A program made the position numbers and the translations under genes. Shown here piece after piece: positions 1 through 13,776 of a stretch of 33,386 bases of DNA. The notes below the pieces were generated by a model. The model was not told the DNA's origin and searched no databases. It was given only the letters and a program-made list of their open reading frames with translations. The DNA is from Jimgerdemannia flammicorona (taxonomy: Eukaryota): the NCBI GenBank assembly GCA_003990765.1, contig RBNJ01000314.1:1-33386 (forward strand). Direction: 5' to 3'. Within the stretch, counting starts at the first letter, position 1; the number at the start of each line of letters is the position of its first letter.

Positions 1-150
1 AGGGCGGGTGAATGGGGGAAGGGCGGGTGTGAGCGGGTGAACGGGAGAAGGGCGGGTATGAGGAGATGAACGGGGGAAGGGTGGGTGTGAGCGGGTGAGC
101 GGGGAGGGAGGCGGGTGAGCAGGAGAGAGGGGGGGGCCAGGGGAGGGGGT
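1..150. repeat. Degenerate G-rich tandem repeat (~29-bp unit GGGCGGGTGTGAGCGGGTGAACGGGRGAA), G-quadruplex-prone
   Basis: About 4-5 imperfect copies visible at 2-130, with many GGG tracts. Probably lies in an intron of the GAP gene. Confidence 0.6.
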
Positions 151-353
151 ACTTTTTGGTAAGGGAAGAGAATTAGAGTTGTAGGGGAGGAAGATATTCC
201 TTGCCGATGTCGATTTTGTGAGGGTTGGTCCGATACAACAACAGGATCATAGGAACTGTAATCGAGAGAGACTGGCGTCAGTTTTGACGGCATCGCGCTC
301 GTTGAACACATGATGAATTCTCTTCCTTCCCTATTCCGTTCTTTCGCCCATAG

Positions 354-3300
354 CCAACTTTGGCTTCCCCGCTTGCCCTCCGACGATCCTCCGCGCAATG
401 CTCACCTTCCTCATCAAGTACTGCCTCGACAACAACGCGTCGCCTGCCCTGCCCTCGCTCTTCTTCCCATCCCCTTCGCCCGCCACACCAATCTTAAAGT
501 CCATCGTGTTCAGCAGCCACGAGAATAGAGAATTGCTGCATGAGATACTGAGACAGTGCCTTGTACTACCCCCCACTAACCATCAATACAGGGATATTGT
601 GAGGGGGGCCGTGCACATTATCGGGGTGTGGACTTTGAGTGGGGTGAGATTTTTTTTTTCTTTATTCGGTGGGGGAAAGTGGAGAATGTGCGGGCTGCAT
701 AGGATGATTGGGATTTCGGTGAAAGGGCGGACAACGGGAAGTACTTTATTTAATCTTATATTGGGATCTTACCGTAAAACCTTCACCATCCACAGGAAGA
801 AGAACGCCCCGCCTTCCTCCGCCGCTCCATCAACCTGACTCCCTCCTCTTCCTCCGCCTCTCTCTCCACCCTTGTTGACAACACTAACACCACCCCGGCC
901 CCGAATCCGGAGCTCACCGTCACCGCTCCCGTCACCACCACCACCGACAAACTCTTCACCTCCCCGCTCATCATCCCCAATAACTACCCGGCACCAGCTA
1001 ACTACGCCGACGCCAATATTTATCTCCGCAAGTATTTCCGCCTCGTCCGCCTTATTTTCGAGGAACACACACCAGAGAGCCTCGGCATTACGGGTGGGGC
1101 AGCCATCGCTCCGGGAGGAGTGGGCCCCACGGGCGTGACACTAGGACCAACAACAACGGTCGGTGGAGCGGGGAGTAGTGGCAATGCAAACAATGTCGTG
1201 GCGAAGGATGTGGGGGCAGCGTCAGTGGCGGGGGTTGGGGTGCAGGCGGGGGGAGTGAGCTTGAGCGATTGGGAGGCCATCGTAGCACTGTATAAGGACG
1301 CATTGGGGCTGTATCGTGCGGTGATTACGGTGGGGGCGATCGAGTTGGAGTCCCAGAGTTGGTGAGTTTGGGGGATGTTTTGTGTAGGATCAAGGGGATT
1401 ACGATTTTGAATTGGTTTTTGACGTAGTGTGAATGTGGAATTGAACAACCTCTCTCGCCCGCACCTTTATTTACGCGTGACCTGTGGGAACGATGCAACA
1501 GGGAGACGATGTTGCGGTGTCTGCTGGAGATTCAGGCGCATATCATGAACAGGCCGGATAAGTGTGCGGTCGTGCTTGTGCCGGCGCTGGCGGAGGAGCT
1601 GGCGGATTTCATGGTCGAGGTGGGTGACGGGCGCGTTCGTGTGGCGTGCAGGCGCTAGTTCGTTTGGCATTGGGTTGGGATGGCGTAGTTTAAATGCAAA
1701 ATCGTTAACTTAATGCTCGTATCTGTTATCCGTCCTTTATTATTTTATTATTTTATTCAGACGCTGCTGCATGCGTTTGTGCGATCAAATACAACCAACG
1801 TGGAGCTGTGGACGGATTTGAAGAAACAGATGGCGGTGGCAACGCGTTTGGGACAGGCGGTCGTCGGGCAGTGGGTGGTGAGTGGGATGCTTCGGCGTCG
1901 GTTGTATATTTGTTTATACGGGCTTGGGGGAGCATGAATTTGGTGGGATGGCTACCTCCTAATACCGTGGCTCGCGTCTCTCATGTCGAACGACAGAAAA
2001 CCGTCAATAAGCTCACGAGGATCCTGTCGACGCACCTCTACGGTGTCGACATCGACGCTATCCTCGGCCGCGCGGGCATCCCCGGCTCGCTCTTCCATCC
2101 CATCAGCGACTACCTTAATGACAATAGCCAAAGTAGCCGGGCGCGTCCGCGTTCCACCAAGGTCCGCACTCGCCACCTCAGCCTGCATGAGCAATCACCC
2201 TCTCCTTCACGCACCCGCCTGAGCGCCCCTCAAGGGTTCGGCTCTGCTGGCCAGGTCGTTGATCCGTTACAGCAACGCCTCTCCCTCCCGGCCACTTCGA
2301 ACGCAAACCCCGTCGACCTCAGCTCCGTCAGCTCTTCTTCATCCTCTTCCACCGGTACTGTACGCGACGTCCGGGACGACAACAGAGCCCCCGCACCGCA
2401 ACCCTCAAGCTCTTCAACCCTCAGCCCGACTGTAGGCACGAACCGCAATGACCGCATGGGCCGCCGCGCCATGAGCGTCCACCAGGACTTTGGCGCGCTA
2501 TGGTCTGAGTCGAATTCGAAGCTTCTCAGCCTCGTACACCCGTCCAGCTCCTCCTCGACCGTGGGCACGGGAAGTATAGGAGGTGGTAGCATCGGCGGAG
2601 GAGGTCCGGGGCCCTTCGGTACCAACAACGGGTCCTCGCTGGCCCTCGCGTCGTCTGATCTGACGCTTATGGAGGAATCGGGCGAGGAGGACGAGCGCGA
2701 TTTTTTGGGGGGCGCATTTGGGATACATGGGAGCCCTGGCGGCGGGAATAAGGACTCTAAGGTTGAGAAGGATCGTGAGCAGAGGCGCGAGATTGCCATC
2801 CTCGGAGCCATTGGGATGAACTCCGGGATTAGCACCGTGAGCGCGGTGAGCGCGGAGTCGGGGTTAGAGGGTGGGAAGGCGTATGTTGAGGTGGATCGGA
2901 AGAGCGTGGCTAGCTTGAATGAGAGGGGAGGTCCTGAGGATTTGGTACATTCAACGAAGGTAAGTAGGGCTTGGTGGGGGAACTGAATTTTCATCGGGAA
3001 AAGGACATTTGGAGTATATATTCGGCGCAAATGCACGGCTCGTTGATACCGACAATGAACATACGTTTGCCCCTCTTGTTCATGCCGCACATTACAGTCC
3101 AACCGCACATCGGCCTCATCCGTGCTCCCTGGCGGCGGTGACAGCACCAGCAATGGTCTGACGACCGGGGCAGGAGTGAACGAGAAGCTGCCCAACGTAC
3201 TGGCCATCTTTAAGAGTCCCGAGTTTGGGAACCTGGCAACGGCGACGGCATGGGATGGGCAAAGAGCCTTAGTCGCGTGGAAGAACATCGTGTGCGCATT

Positions 3301-6300
3301 AGGAAACGTGAATGCGATACAGGTGAGTGTGGAGAAACACGGTTATCTTAGGTCGTCACGGAGTTGGGAGAGCTTCGATACTTCATGCGAGTCGCTCATG
3401 CGTTCTTTGTTAACCTCTTAACATTCGGGAACTCGCTTACAGAACCCGCAGAACCATACGACGGCCATACTTTGCCTAGTTGAGGTGTGGGACATGCTGG
3501 CCCTCGTTCGCGCCCACCAGCCATTCGCTGGCGTCCCCGTCCCGGCGCTGTACGAGCTCGCGCCGTGGTTCTTCCAAGCCGCGGATCTGCTCTCGTGAGT
3601 GTGGGTATGTTGTAGTATCGGGATTTTTTCGTGCCTTGGTCATATTTTGACTCTCTATTTCGACGTGACACGACTTCACAGCACGTACGCAGTGGGCCGC
3701 GCCGCAGCCTATGGGTGCCTGTGCCGCGTCATGTGTCGACGGGCGGACCAGCCCTACCCAGAGGAGTTGCTGTCGCATTTTTATCAGACGCTCCTGAAGG
3801 TTGGCTTCTGGGGCATGAGGGGGGTTTTGTTGTGCTGATTTATGTTGTGTTTAGGAGCGGCCGCGGATTGAGCGATCACAGAAACTAAAAGGGCACATTG
3901 CTTGTGTCGATGATAGGGTTTAACCTCGATGGATGAGACGGTCGTGCACGCCATCGTGACCAATTCGACAAGGCTGTTCGGGCTCTGTTTGCCAGGCAGT
4001 TACATTCTAGTTCCGACAGTAGTGGAGACCATAGGGAAAGTGGTAAGTGTTGTTTCAATTGTTTTGTTGCCATATGCGGTTTGTTTGCTTGTCGGATGGG
4101 GAGTAGCTACGATCAAGCGATTGTTGAGCGTGCGTGACGTGTCAGACTTGGATCCATCACATCTTATCTGTTTTTCTTATCCTCCATGGTCTCGAATGCT
4201 AGCTTCTCGAGGACGTCCAACAGACATATCCCGAAGATGTCTATTACAGCTGTCTAACGATCCTCGCGTCGCTTGTTTGCGTCTCGAACCATCTCGCCGG
4301 ATTGCGTCTACCTGCCGTCACTCTAGAAAAGATGGCGCGCGGCCACGGGCGAAGTGGGTCCGCCGCGCCCGAGGTGGAGTTCTCGCATGTAGCGGTTTGA
4401 TACTACTGTATGATTGTAATCGTCGATTACTGGGTTCGCGGTTTAGAACGTGTGGATCTTTATTTTGCTTTCCGTATGTTTCCGTTATCCCATACAGATT
4501 AAAGTGATGCTCAAGGACGTCTTGGTCGGCCTCATCGCCGCCGAGAACGCACCCAGACGATTAGAGCGACCCCCGGAGACACATGGCATGTTACTTGGGA
4601 GCGTGTGCGTACTTTTGTTGGACGAGCTACAAAATTCAAGGTTTGTATTTTCATGAAAAGGTATTAAGTTATCAATGTCCCCTCACGTGACGGCACTGAC
4701 AAATGTGCACCTCAACAGCCCAGATCCGGCGATCGTGAAGGACAGCTTATTATCCCTGCTCGATCATCTGTATCTAAGTAACTTGCCGGTCGTGAATGTC
4801 GCGGTTGATTGCTTAAACACTTTGGCGCAAAACTATCATGCGGAAGCGGATCCGAAGGGAGTAAGTATTGGGGGCAGGTTGAGTCGGTAACGCACCAGGC
4901 AGATCAACTATTCGGTTGTTCACTCTTACACACGCACACCAGATTATCGTGCAGGAGGTGTTTGCGCGGCTGATTGACGCGCTGAACGCGCATCTCAAGT
5001 TGCAAGAGGCCTCGGCTAAACCCGGGAGGGGTTAGTGTCTCTTCAGTGTACTAATATTGGCTCGAGATATGAATGCCGTCAGAGATATTTTTTGCAACCG
5101 CATCAATCAGCATCATATCACTAAATTCTAACGCATCTTACCGCAGGCTGCATTATTGCGCGACTATTCTACTGTCTCCTGGAATGGCTCATGGTCATTG
5201 AGCCGCACATTCTGACGGATACGGAACTCTGCCAGCTTGTGTTCGATGTGCTCGAATACGGCTTGCATGTCGCCTCGGTATGTTGCTTGTGCTCCTTAAA
5301 ATCTTGGGATTCTTCGAAGGCATCACGGGTGCCTCACACATTGTAGTTGCAATGATCTGAGGCGAAAGATTAAATTTGTTGAAACACACGCTCACATAGG
5401 ACGATACCGAAAAGATACTACCACACCCGCCGATTAGTCCCAAAGGACAACGCAAGCGCGATCTTCAGTTGAAATTCAAGCTGGGACCGGAACGGCGACC
5501 TTCGTTGGGTGGAGATTACGGGCATCTGGTGGTCGGATCTGATATCGGGGAGGATGATGAGGATTTTGTCAAGGTAATGATTATCTCTATTCCACATATG
5601 GTTCGGTGTTCCTACTCAGCCTATAGAAGACATGGTTCTGATAATCCATACACGATGTGCTTCGATACAGACGGCTGCTGAGAGCGTGCTGCTGCACATG
5701 CTGCATCACTTCAACAACTTTGCTCCGCCTTTCGGACCCGCGATGATCAGCAGCACAATATTGGGTCCTGGTATTGCAGACGACAAACTCTCTGATGAAA
5801 ATGTCGAACATTATCAATATTTCACTTTCAACGATACAACCTTGCTTACGTTCGTAGAATCACCGCGGTCGAATGGAGCTGGTAATAGTTGGCAGCGCTT
5901 TGGCTTCACAAAGGCACTCTATGCCAAACCGTTATTTTCTGCACCATGACTGACTTCTCTGCTCGTCTCTACATCAGTATCCCACGCCCGAATTATTATC
6001 CGCAATGTGACGGGTCGCTACACGTGGGATGCTCAGTTGTTTTATAAGGCTATTATGACGAAACCCACCGGTGGGCGTGTAAACGGAAAACACGGCAGTG
6101 ATAATATTGCGAATGGTAACGAAGCAGGTTCTCGCGCGGCGAATGTTGGTGTCACGGATAGGTTGATATTGAGGGATGGCGCTGTTCGGGAGTCGTCAAG
6201 AACGGACGAAATGTATGTTATCTGTGTTTTCTCCCCTGTTATGCTCAATCGCTGTCTAAAAACCACGTAGTCGTGGTGTCATGAGCACTTAAGTCACGCT

Positions 6301-8274
6301 CACTTTTTGTAATCGCTGGTTTAACATTCGATGGCCTTCATACAATCTTCCAGAGAGCAGATAACATACAATAGACAACGAGGTGAGATGCCGAAGTGGC
6401 AATCCGACAACCACGCGGAAACCATCGATATGTTGGACCAGCTTCTACAATTGTAATTATGGCGATCATATTCTCTTGTTAGCTTTTCCCTTTCATTTTA
6501 ACTCGATCGGCATTAAACACCCCCACGAACAACACTCTCGTAGCATCGGCGAAACTAGCCCAGATTCCACGATCCAAGCGGCAAGGCCGCTCAACGCTCC
6601 AAGACCATTATCGCCTAACCAAGAGAGTGTTGTTTCGAACGTAGATGCTTTGCTTAATCGGCATATCCAAGAGGAGTTGGAATGTACGGAACCTCGTGCA
6701 GATAGGTTAGTGCTGGCTCTGTCGTTTGTCAATCCAATTTTTTTTTTTTTTTTTGTTCGTTTTACGCCTTGACCCATACGAAAGCAGAATTAACTATAGT
6801 CATCTATTACTTTCCAGCCCGATATCGCCCGAGGGATCCGCTTCATATCGCGATAAACGTCATTCTACGGAACTACCCCCAAAATTCCCTCCTTACATCT
6901 ACCAAACACAGCATAACTTGCCTACTCCGTCAAAATCGAGTTCAATTTCTTCTGTTTCCTCGAACCCAACGCCGGTGGATTACTCGCTATCCAAAACATT
7001 CGTCCATGTTACGCCGCCCGAAGCCGAGAAGCCACATGCACCGTACCAGCAGTGTCGATTGCTAATGAGCCATCTGGGACTCTTGAATTACGATTACCTG
7101 AAAGATGGGTCGTTCTATATGCTTAATAAGACACCTGCGCTTTACAGGGATATCCGGGGGTTGGATAAGAAGTATGGGTAAGTCCTTCCGTATCTATTGA
7201 CCATTCAAGTCTCTGATGACATCGATCGACCCTCCCCCAAAAAAAAAAAAAAACTCAATGAGAATATTGACACGTGCTCAAATTCCAGGCGCGAGACCAT
7301 GAAAATTGGAGTAATCTATGTCGGACCTGGCCAGGAAGATGAGCAAAGCATCCTGTACAACGCGCGAGGGAGCAATTTGTACAATGACTTTGTGGCCAGT
7401 ATCGGATGGGAGGTAGATCTGGCGACCCATCCTGGCTATCTGGGTGGCCTGGAGCGAAACCTGACGAATGGCGCTCGCGCGACGTATTATTGTAGCTCTA
7501 CCGTGGAGATGATTTTTCATGACGCAACCAAGATGCCGACAGACCCAAACGATCCAAAACAAGTTCGGAAGGTGAGATGATGGTTTGGGGTTTAATTCGG
7601 TAGAAACATATACGCATATCATCCATTTTTCTGATGAAGCACGACCTCTGCTGCCTTATAGAAACGGCACATTGGTAACGACCACGTTCACATCGTGTGG
7701 AATGAGCATCACCGAGACTACCGACCAGGCACAATTGGCGGCGATTTCGGTAATGCACAAATCATTATCACACCCATGCTGAATGGATTGTTCGCTATAC
7801 GGGTGCATCGTGACCAAAAGGTTAGTTGTGGAACGGCATTAAGCTCTTGTTAACGTCCTCTCGCACACATCTGTCTAAACACTGTGCACACGAAAAATTG
7901 ACGTCCGTCTCATCTTATAGGTTCCCTTCTTTGGGCCTCTTCTCAACGGCATGGTGGTCTCGCGTGCCGTCCTCGGCTCGCTTGTGCGTACCACAGCCAT
8001 GAATGCCTTCCGCGCAACGCTACATCCGGCGTCGCAGACCATGTATCGGCATATGTATGCGCATAGGGCAGGCGATATTCATATTATCACTCAGAGGCAC
8101 AAGGTCGTCAAATGGTGAGTTGTATGAATGGCTCGCAAGAACGCTCCTTGCAGTGTGCAATCTGTTTCCCGTGTCCATATATGATGTAAAGTGTTGATTT
8201 GTTTGTTTTTCAGGAATTTCGAGCGATTCATGGGCCATATCTTCATGCCAGATGAAGACCACAAGGAGACATGA
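354..8274 (+). CDS. Ral GTPase-activating protein alpha subunit-like (tuberin/Rap-GAP family), multi-exon, 5' end probably outside the window
   Basis: First clear exon starts at acceptor CCATAG|CCAAC (354): ANFGFPACPPTILRAMLTFLIKYC. The C-terminal Rap-GAP domain is spliced across 7289-8115: RETMKIGVIYVGPGQEDEQSIL...GWEVDLATHPGYLGGL...YYCSSTVEMIFHDATKMP...KRHIGNDHVHIVWNEHHRDY...VPFFGPLLNGMVV. It keeps the Asn-thumb motif KRHIGND. Last exon WNFERFMGHIFMPDEDHKET*, TGA 8272-8274. Confidence 0.88.
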
Positions 8275-8440
8275 TGAAAGGGCTGAGTCAGATCTCCGTG
8301 TAAAATAGAAGGCGTTCAGCATGACTGATAGCAAACTACCTTATAACGAACGCGGTCGATATTGCAACTGATTGGTTTGATTTGTCCTTTGCTCTCGTTT
8401 CTCTCGCTTTTGTATTATTGTCATTACCTTTCCCGTCTCT

Positions 8441-8441
<1 letters not shown>

Positions 8442-8487
<46 letters not shown>
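8442..8487. repeat. Poly(T) tract in the 3' region of the GAP gene
   Basis: ~46 consecutive T. Confidence 0.9.
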
Positions 8488-8894
8488 CGTTTTCGTTTTT
8501 GTTTATGGTTTCTCTCCTTTACCTTCAAAGGATAATTACGGGTCCGTCCTTGTTCATTTCTCCGGATCATTTATCGGCGCCATGATATTGTAGAATCTCA
8601 ACTACATTTATTGAGAAATGAGAATAATACAGTGGCTTGATGGCAGCATATAGAAAGCCATTAGGCAACAATGAACAAACTTTCTTGGTGCATTGATAAT
8701 CATTTTCATTTTCTTGAATGTTTAGTATTATCAATTAGCACTTCAACAAACCCCACGAAAGAGAAGATATGAAAGTATGGTACACGTAGTTACAGCACTT
8801 TGGTTTACATCCAATACCTTGTGCAAGAAGGCACAAATTGACATGTGGACACTTAAAGTTCGCTGATTCACTCGTTTAACCACACACCCGCCGT

Positions 8895-11370
8895 TTAAAT
8901 ATCCCTCAAGATCGTAATCAACCCATCGATCCTCAGCTCGCCGACATCTAGCTTGGCGATTGTCTCGTTCAACAAGCGGAGATGCTCCTGCTCTTCCTCG
9001 CTCAGCAGCGCCTGGTTCTCAATCACGTCCTGACGCTGCGCCTTGTCCAGCAACCGTGAGCGCGCGGATATCTCGTCGCGCTTGCGCTGCCGGATGTTAC
9101 CCAGGGTGCGGTACAAGTCTACCAGTAGCGTCGCGTAGCACTGGTTCAGCGGGACGTGCCAGAGGTAGAAGGTGCGCGAGGGGGCGCGGTCGGCGGCTTT
9201 TGGGACTTCCTGTTCGGCCATAATGGTTGATCATGTTATCATGAGATATGAAGTTCATGGTATCACTACAGGCAAACACAATTAGTTCCGAAAATTGTCT
9301 TCAAGCATTTGAACGGACCTGAAGCTCGAGGTAACCTTGTGTCCCCAACGTCGCCAGCCTCTCTCTAGTCTCCTTAGCCGGCAGCAAAGCAAGCTTTTGA
9401 ACCTACACATATCAGGGAAATCACAAACCGTGTCGCAAGTGCCATTCTGACAACAATTGTCGTGAAATACGACATCCCAACCATCACCACAATAATCGCA
9501 CGCACCTGCTTTTCATCCAGCTTCCCCTTCTCACTTAGAATCTTCATCAGTCTGCAGCTCGCGCTCCCATACTTCTCGCGCACCACAGAGTCCAGGACCT
9601 TGCGCTTGAGGTGGTCGCGCAGCTTGTCGAACGCGACCACGTATAAGCCGGCGCCGCGCTCGTCCTCCTTGCGCAAAAAACCGGCTGAGTCCGTCTGCAG
9701 CAGCTCGAGGTACTCGTGCACGAGCTGCTGCTTCGAGGGGAGGCTGTTAGCAGTGAACTCTGCTGATTCCAGTACGATGTCCGTTTCTAGGTTGATCGTG
9801 GCGGGGATCAATTGCGAGATCTGGACGGCTGTGACGGCGGCTGTGGTGTAGAGTGATGCGTGTTGATTGAGGAGATACGTTCGGCATTTTCATAGGCAAA
9901 ACTGATGGATAATGAACGTCAATACTCACGCGATTTGTCCTCTTTGGTACGACGCATCTTCTCTTCGCCGTGATCGAGCATCGTCTTTGTCACTATCCCT
10001 GCCGACCTATTAATCCTGTCCACTGCGTAATTCACGATGACCTACAAAGAGATGTTGTGATCCCAAATTCGAATCGGCGTTACTATACGCATGAATCAAA
10101 CATGCGGCGGATACATGGATGTACAGGGCCCGATTGGATATCATTACCTCATTTCTGAATCGGATGTTATATCGATCATTATTGATGCGGAAATAGAATT
10201 CCTCTTCGACCTCTTCCAGGACCTCCGGTGCGTGCCTCTACAGTAAAAATAGCAACATCCAGCCGAGGAGGTGACGTATGAATTATAAGGGAAAAAATTC
10301 ACCCCAGAACTCTTATCAAAATGCTAATCACACCTTGGCTTGGTTTCCCACCGATTCCGCCAGTTTACGTTTCTAGTGGATAACAATGAGGATTACCTAA
10401 GACAATGTTTCGCAAGCTTATACCGACGACAGTGATTGAGTGCCACCCAACTCACCATCCCGATCACCACCGACGAGTGATATTCAGCATCAGCACGGTC
10501 GTCCCTCAGTTTGCGAATGTTTTTGAGTTCCTTCGCCGTGGGCGGCATCAACAGCTTCTCGAGCTCTGCTGCCTCGGCATTGATGGCGCGATCCTTGGCC
10601 GAGATGGAGTCCTGCGCCTGCACAGCGACGAGGAAGCGTTCGCGGACCATGTTCGTGAAGGCCTTGGTAAAGAGAACAAGTTCTGGGTCGAAAATAAGGG
10701 AATGAGTTGAAAGATGTGCCATGGGATTGGAGACTGGAAAGAGGGCGATGGGAACGTACTGTTTTTCGCCAGCCCCTCCGTTCTCTGTAGTTCTTCGTGG
10801 AGATGCTTCAATGTCATCTTACCGTTCCTGAGGATATGCTGGGCAACCAGAGCGCCCTGATGTGGTGCAGTGGTATTCCTTTATCAAGCGACCAAGATTC
10901 GGCCACGATAAATTGCCTCACAAGAAGCAGCAAATGGAACTTGCCACGTACTCTCCGCCCATAATCGAATATTTACATACCTCCTTCCCGAACCACTCGC
11001 CAGAATACCGCAGAATGGCCCCAAGCCTGATTCTTAAGAGGATTTCCTCCTCGCTGACCTCATAGTAAACAACGATGCGGGATCTCTCGGCGATTTCAGC
11101 GTAGTAGGCTATGTTATGCTGAATAAGAACGACGAGGCATTCGCGGACCTGCTTCTGAGTCAACTTTGCGAAGAGGGCTATGGCGCCACACGGGAGGCGG
11201 CCTTTGTTGAGGAGGACATTGGCGACTTTCTGCAAAAAGGAGTTGTGTGCGAATGAAGGGGATATTCGTGAGGATCTCTAACACGGAACAAGGTTTTTGT
11301 AGTGTACCTCGACAATTGGGCCAAAGTGATCCTTTATGATCTCCCTACAGAGGCGCTGGGTGAAGGCCAT
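8895..11370 (-). CDS. RPC82: DNA-directed RNA polymerase III subunit RPC3 (C82/RPC62), multi-exon
   Basis: ATG 11370: MAFTQRLCREIIKDHFGPIVE|KVANVLLNKGRL...QVRECLVVLIQHN. C-terminal winged-helix part: LDSVVREKYGSASCRLMKILSEKGKLDEKQ|VQKLALLPAKETRERL...YLELQ|EVPKAADRAPSRTFYLWHV. GT-AG introns; stop TAA at 8897-8895. Confidence 0.92.
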
Positions 11371-11498
11371 AAATTTGTGGTGGTTTGAAGCAAAAGAAGC
11401 ACGGAGTCAAACATTTGTGGCGGCCTCTGACGTCACAAATGGGACTGGTCCAGCCAAGCCACACACCCACATCCATTTCTCTCCATTTCTCTGGAACC
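11371..11498. promoter_or_regulatory. Compact bidirectional promoter between RPC82 and the SDR gene, with a CRE palindrome TGACGTCA at 11428-11435
   Basis: Only 128 bp separate the two divergent ATGs, and a perfect ATF/CREB-type octamer sits near the centre. Confidence 0.55.
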
Positions 11499-12967
11499 AT
11501 GCTGCTGCAAACCCGAACTGCCCTTCGAATAACACACCGTCTCGTATCTTTGCCGTGCACACCTCCGTCCAAGCGGTACAATTCCAATCTCGGTAATGCC
11601 CACTTAACAACAGTGTCGTCATCCTATCATACAACTCGCTTTGTCTCAACTCCCCCCCCCCCCACACCATCCCATAGCCAACCCCTTCACGTCTCAAGTT
11701 GCCGTCGTCACGGGTGGCACGCGTGGCATCGGCCTTGCCATAGCCGAGCGGTTTGTAAACCATGGTGCGACCATCATTGTTCTGAGCCGAGACAGCAGCC
11801 GAGTGGCAAGCGCAGTCGAAAGACTGGAGGCGATCGATGCTGACGGAACTTTTCGGACGCATAAGGGTTACGTTTGCGATGTCGGCGAGGGGATGGAAGT
11901 GGAGCAGGTGTTTAAGGTTATTTTGCGGGCTCTCTGTGCTCTTGGATTTCACACATCATTTCTAATCCCGAGTATCCGACAGGCTAAATTTGCACACTTC
12001 AATTTCCGATAGGATATCACAGCGTCTACGCAGATTGACTACCTTATCAACGCCGCAGGTTGGTATTTATTTTATTTGGTAGAAAAATTACCCTTCTCAA
12101 TTCTTTAACTTGCCTTTATCCGTCACCTGCTACCTTAGGAATCTCGCGCGACGACCTCCTTATCCAGCTCAAACCGAATGACCTCCACGAAACATTGCGC
12201 ACCAACCTCATGGGCACTATACACACGTGTCGAGCCGCAGCCAAAGCCATGCTCAGACGGCGGAAGGGTGTGATAAGAATACGAAATTTTCTCATCCCGG
12301 TTCAACGTCGGCATTGTGCGCAATTTGTTCACACCCTATCTGATTGATCGCCACCAGGCTGCATCATAAATCTCTCTAGCGTAGTTGGAATCCAAGGTCA
12401 CGTCGGGCAGACCATCTACAGCGCAACCAAGGCCGGTGTGATAGGTTTGTAGAAGTCGCCTTTAAACCGACAATTATCACTCCGATCTGATCAATCAGAT
12501 ATTCATATCGCTCACACCCTTCTTTCTCTCTGCCAAACCAGGCTTCTCGAAATCCCTATCAAAAGAGCTCGGTTCCCGCAACGTCCGTGTCAATGTCCTC
12601 GCCCCCGGGTTCATCCAAACCGACATGACTTCAGGTATCGTCCCCGCCGCGCCAGCCCATCGTCCATCTTTACACGCACTTACTGACTGGGCACCGACCA
12701 CCAACCGGCAGGCATTCCCGACGATAAGCGCGCGGCCTGGCTCAAGCGCATTACCATGAGCCGGTTTGGTACACCGGACGAGGTGGCGCACGCGGCCGTC
12801 TTCCTGGCGACGGCGGAGTACATCACAGGGCAGGTGTGTGGTTATTTTTAGTGTAATTAAATAGGCCTGGCACCCCTTGATCTTGTCTGAATGTTTACCA
12901 CTCGCTTGAATCTTGGCTTTCGTTCCCGTTTCAGGTGCTGGTTGTCGATGGCGGGTTGAATCTATAA
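11499..12967 (+). CDS. Mitochondrial 3-oxoacyl-ACP reductase-like classical SDR (FabG/OAR1/CBR4 type), multi-exon
   Basis: Arg/Ser/Leu-rich presequence-like exon 1 [31 protein letters not shown] (11499-11592). Motifs: [12 protein letters not shown] (TGxxxGIG), [34 protein letters not shown] (S...YxxxK), [43 protein letters not shown] 12965-12967. Confidence 0.9.
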
Positions 12968-13776
12968 ACCTCTGAGGGTCCGGCGAGGTTGTAGCATTGG
13001 ATGTCAGTGTGGAAAGGTACAATTATGAATGAAGCCAAGGGAAAGCATACACCAGAATCTACGGTCATTATTGGGAGACCGTTCAAAGTAGCATAATCAG
13101 GCGACTCGGAGTTACTCCAGAACTCAAGCCCAATGGTGAAAGCGGAAAACAAATTACAAATCCTACTCTGGACGCTCCCGCCTACCCTTCTCGATCGTAG
13201 CGCGCATTCCTCGCAGTACCTGCACGCGATCACATCCCCCGTCGACGCTCCAGAATCCTGATAAAACCCGAAGAAAACATGAACCGTGGGTCAAGCGCAG
13301 AATCGTCCCAACCCAAGATTCATGATATGTCCCTTTATTTCCGCCCAACTCAGGCTCGGTTCCATCGCAACCTGTCCTACCCTCACACCCCGCCTCTCCT
13401 CTGGGTACAGCTCATGGCCTGCACGCTGTCCTAGGCCGAGCCTCAGACGTCAGCAACACGCTCCACTGTTTTTGGTTAATTTACAAAATGCTATCCACCC
13501 GAAATGAGTAGGATCCAATGAGTGGTGTCACGTGAATTACGTGGTTTATAAAACTGCACACGAGTGAATCCTGCCCTATTGATTTTATTCATATTGACAA
13601 CGCGATTATGCCGTACGCCAATTGCGACTTTGCGAAGCAAGAAGTCAATGGTATAATCGATTCACACAGACGCAAATGAGAAATGCAATCCAGGGAATGA
13701 TGATAATGCGAAATAACCAGAGTAAGACCACCCGATGCACAAAGCCAAACAAGCATGTATAATATTGATCCCGCAT

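Noticed and set aside
2230..3288. 352-aa minus-strand ORF
   Set aside because: Antisense shadow of a GC-rich, Ser/Gly-rich exon of the GAP gene; no recognisable motifs.
13527..13535. GTCACGTGA CLEAR-like element
   Set aside because: Lies between two convergent 3' ends, not in a promoter; it shows such motifs arise by chance.
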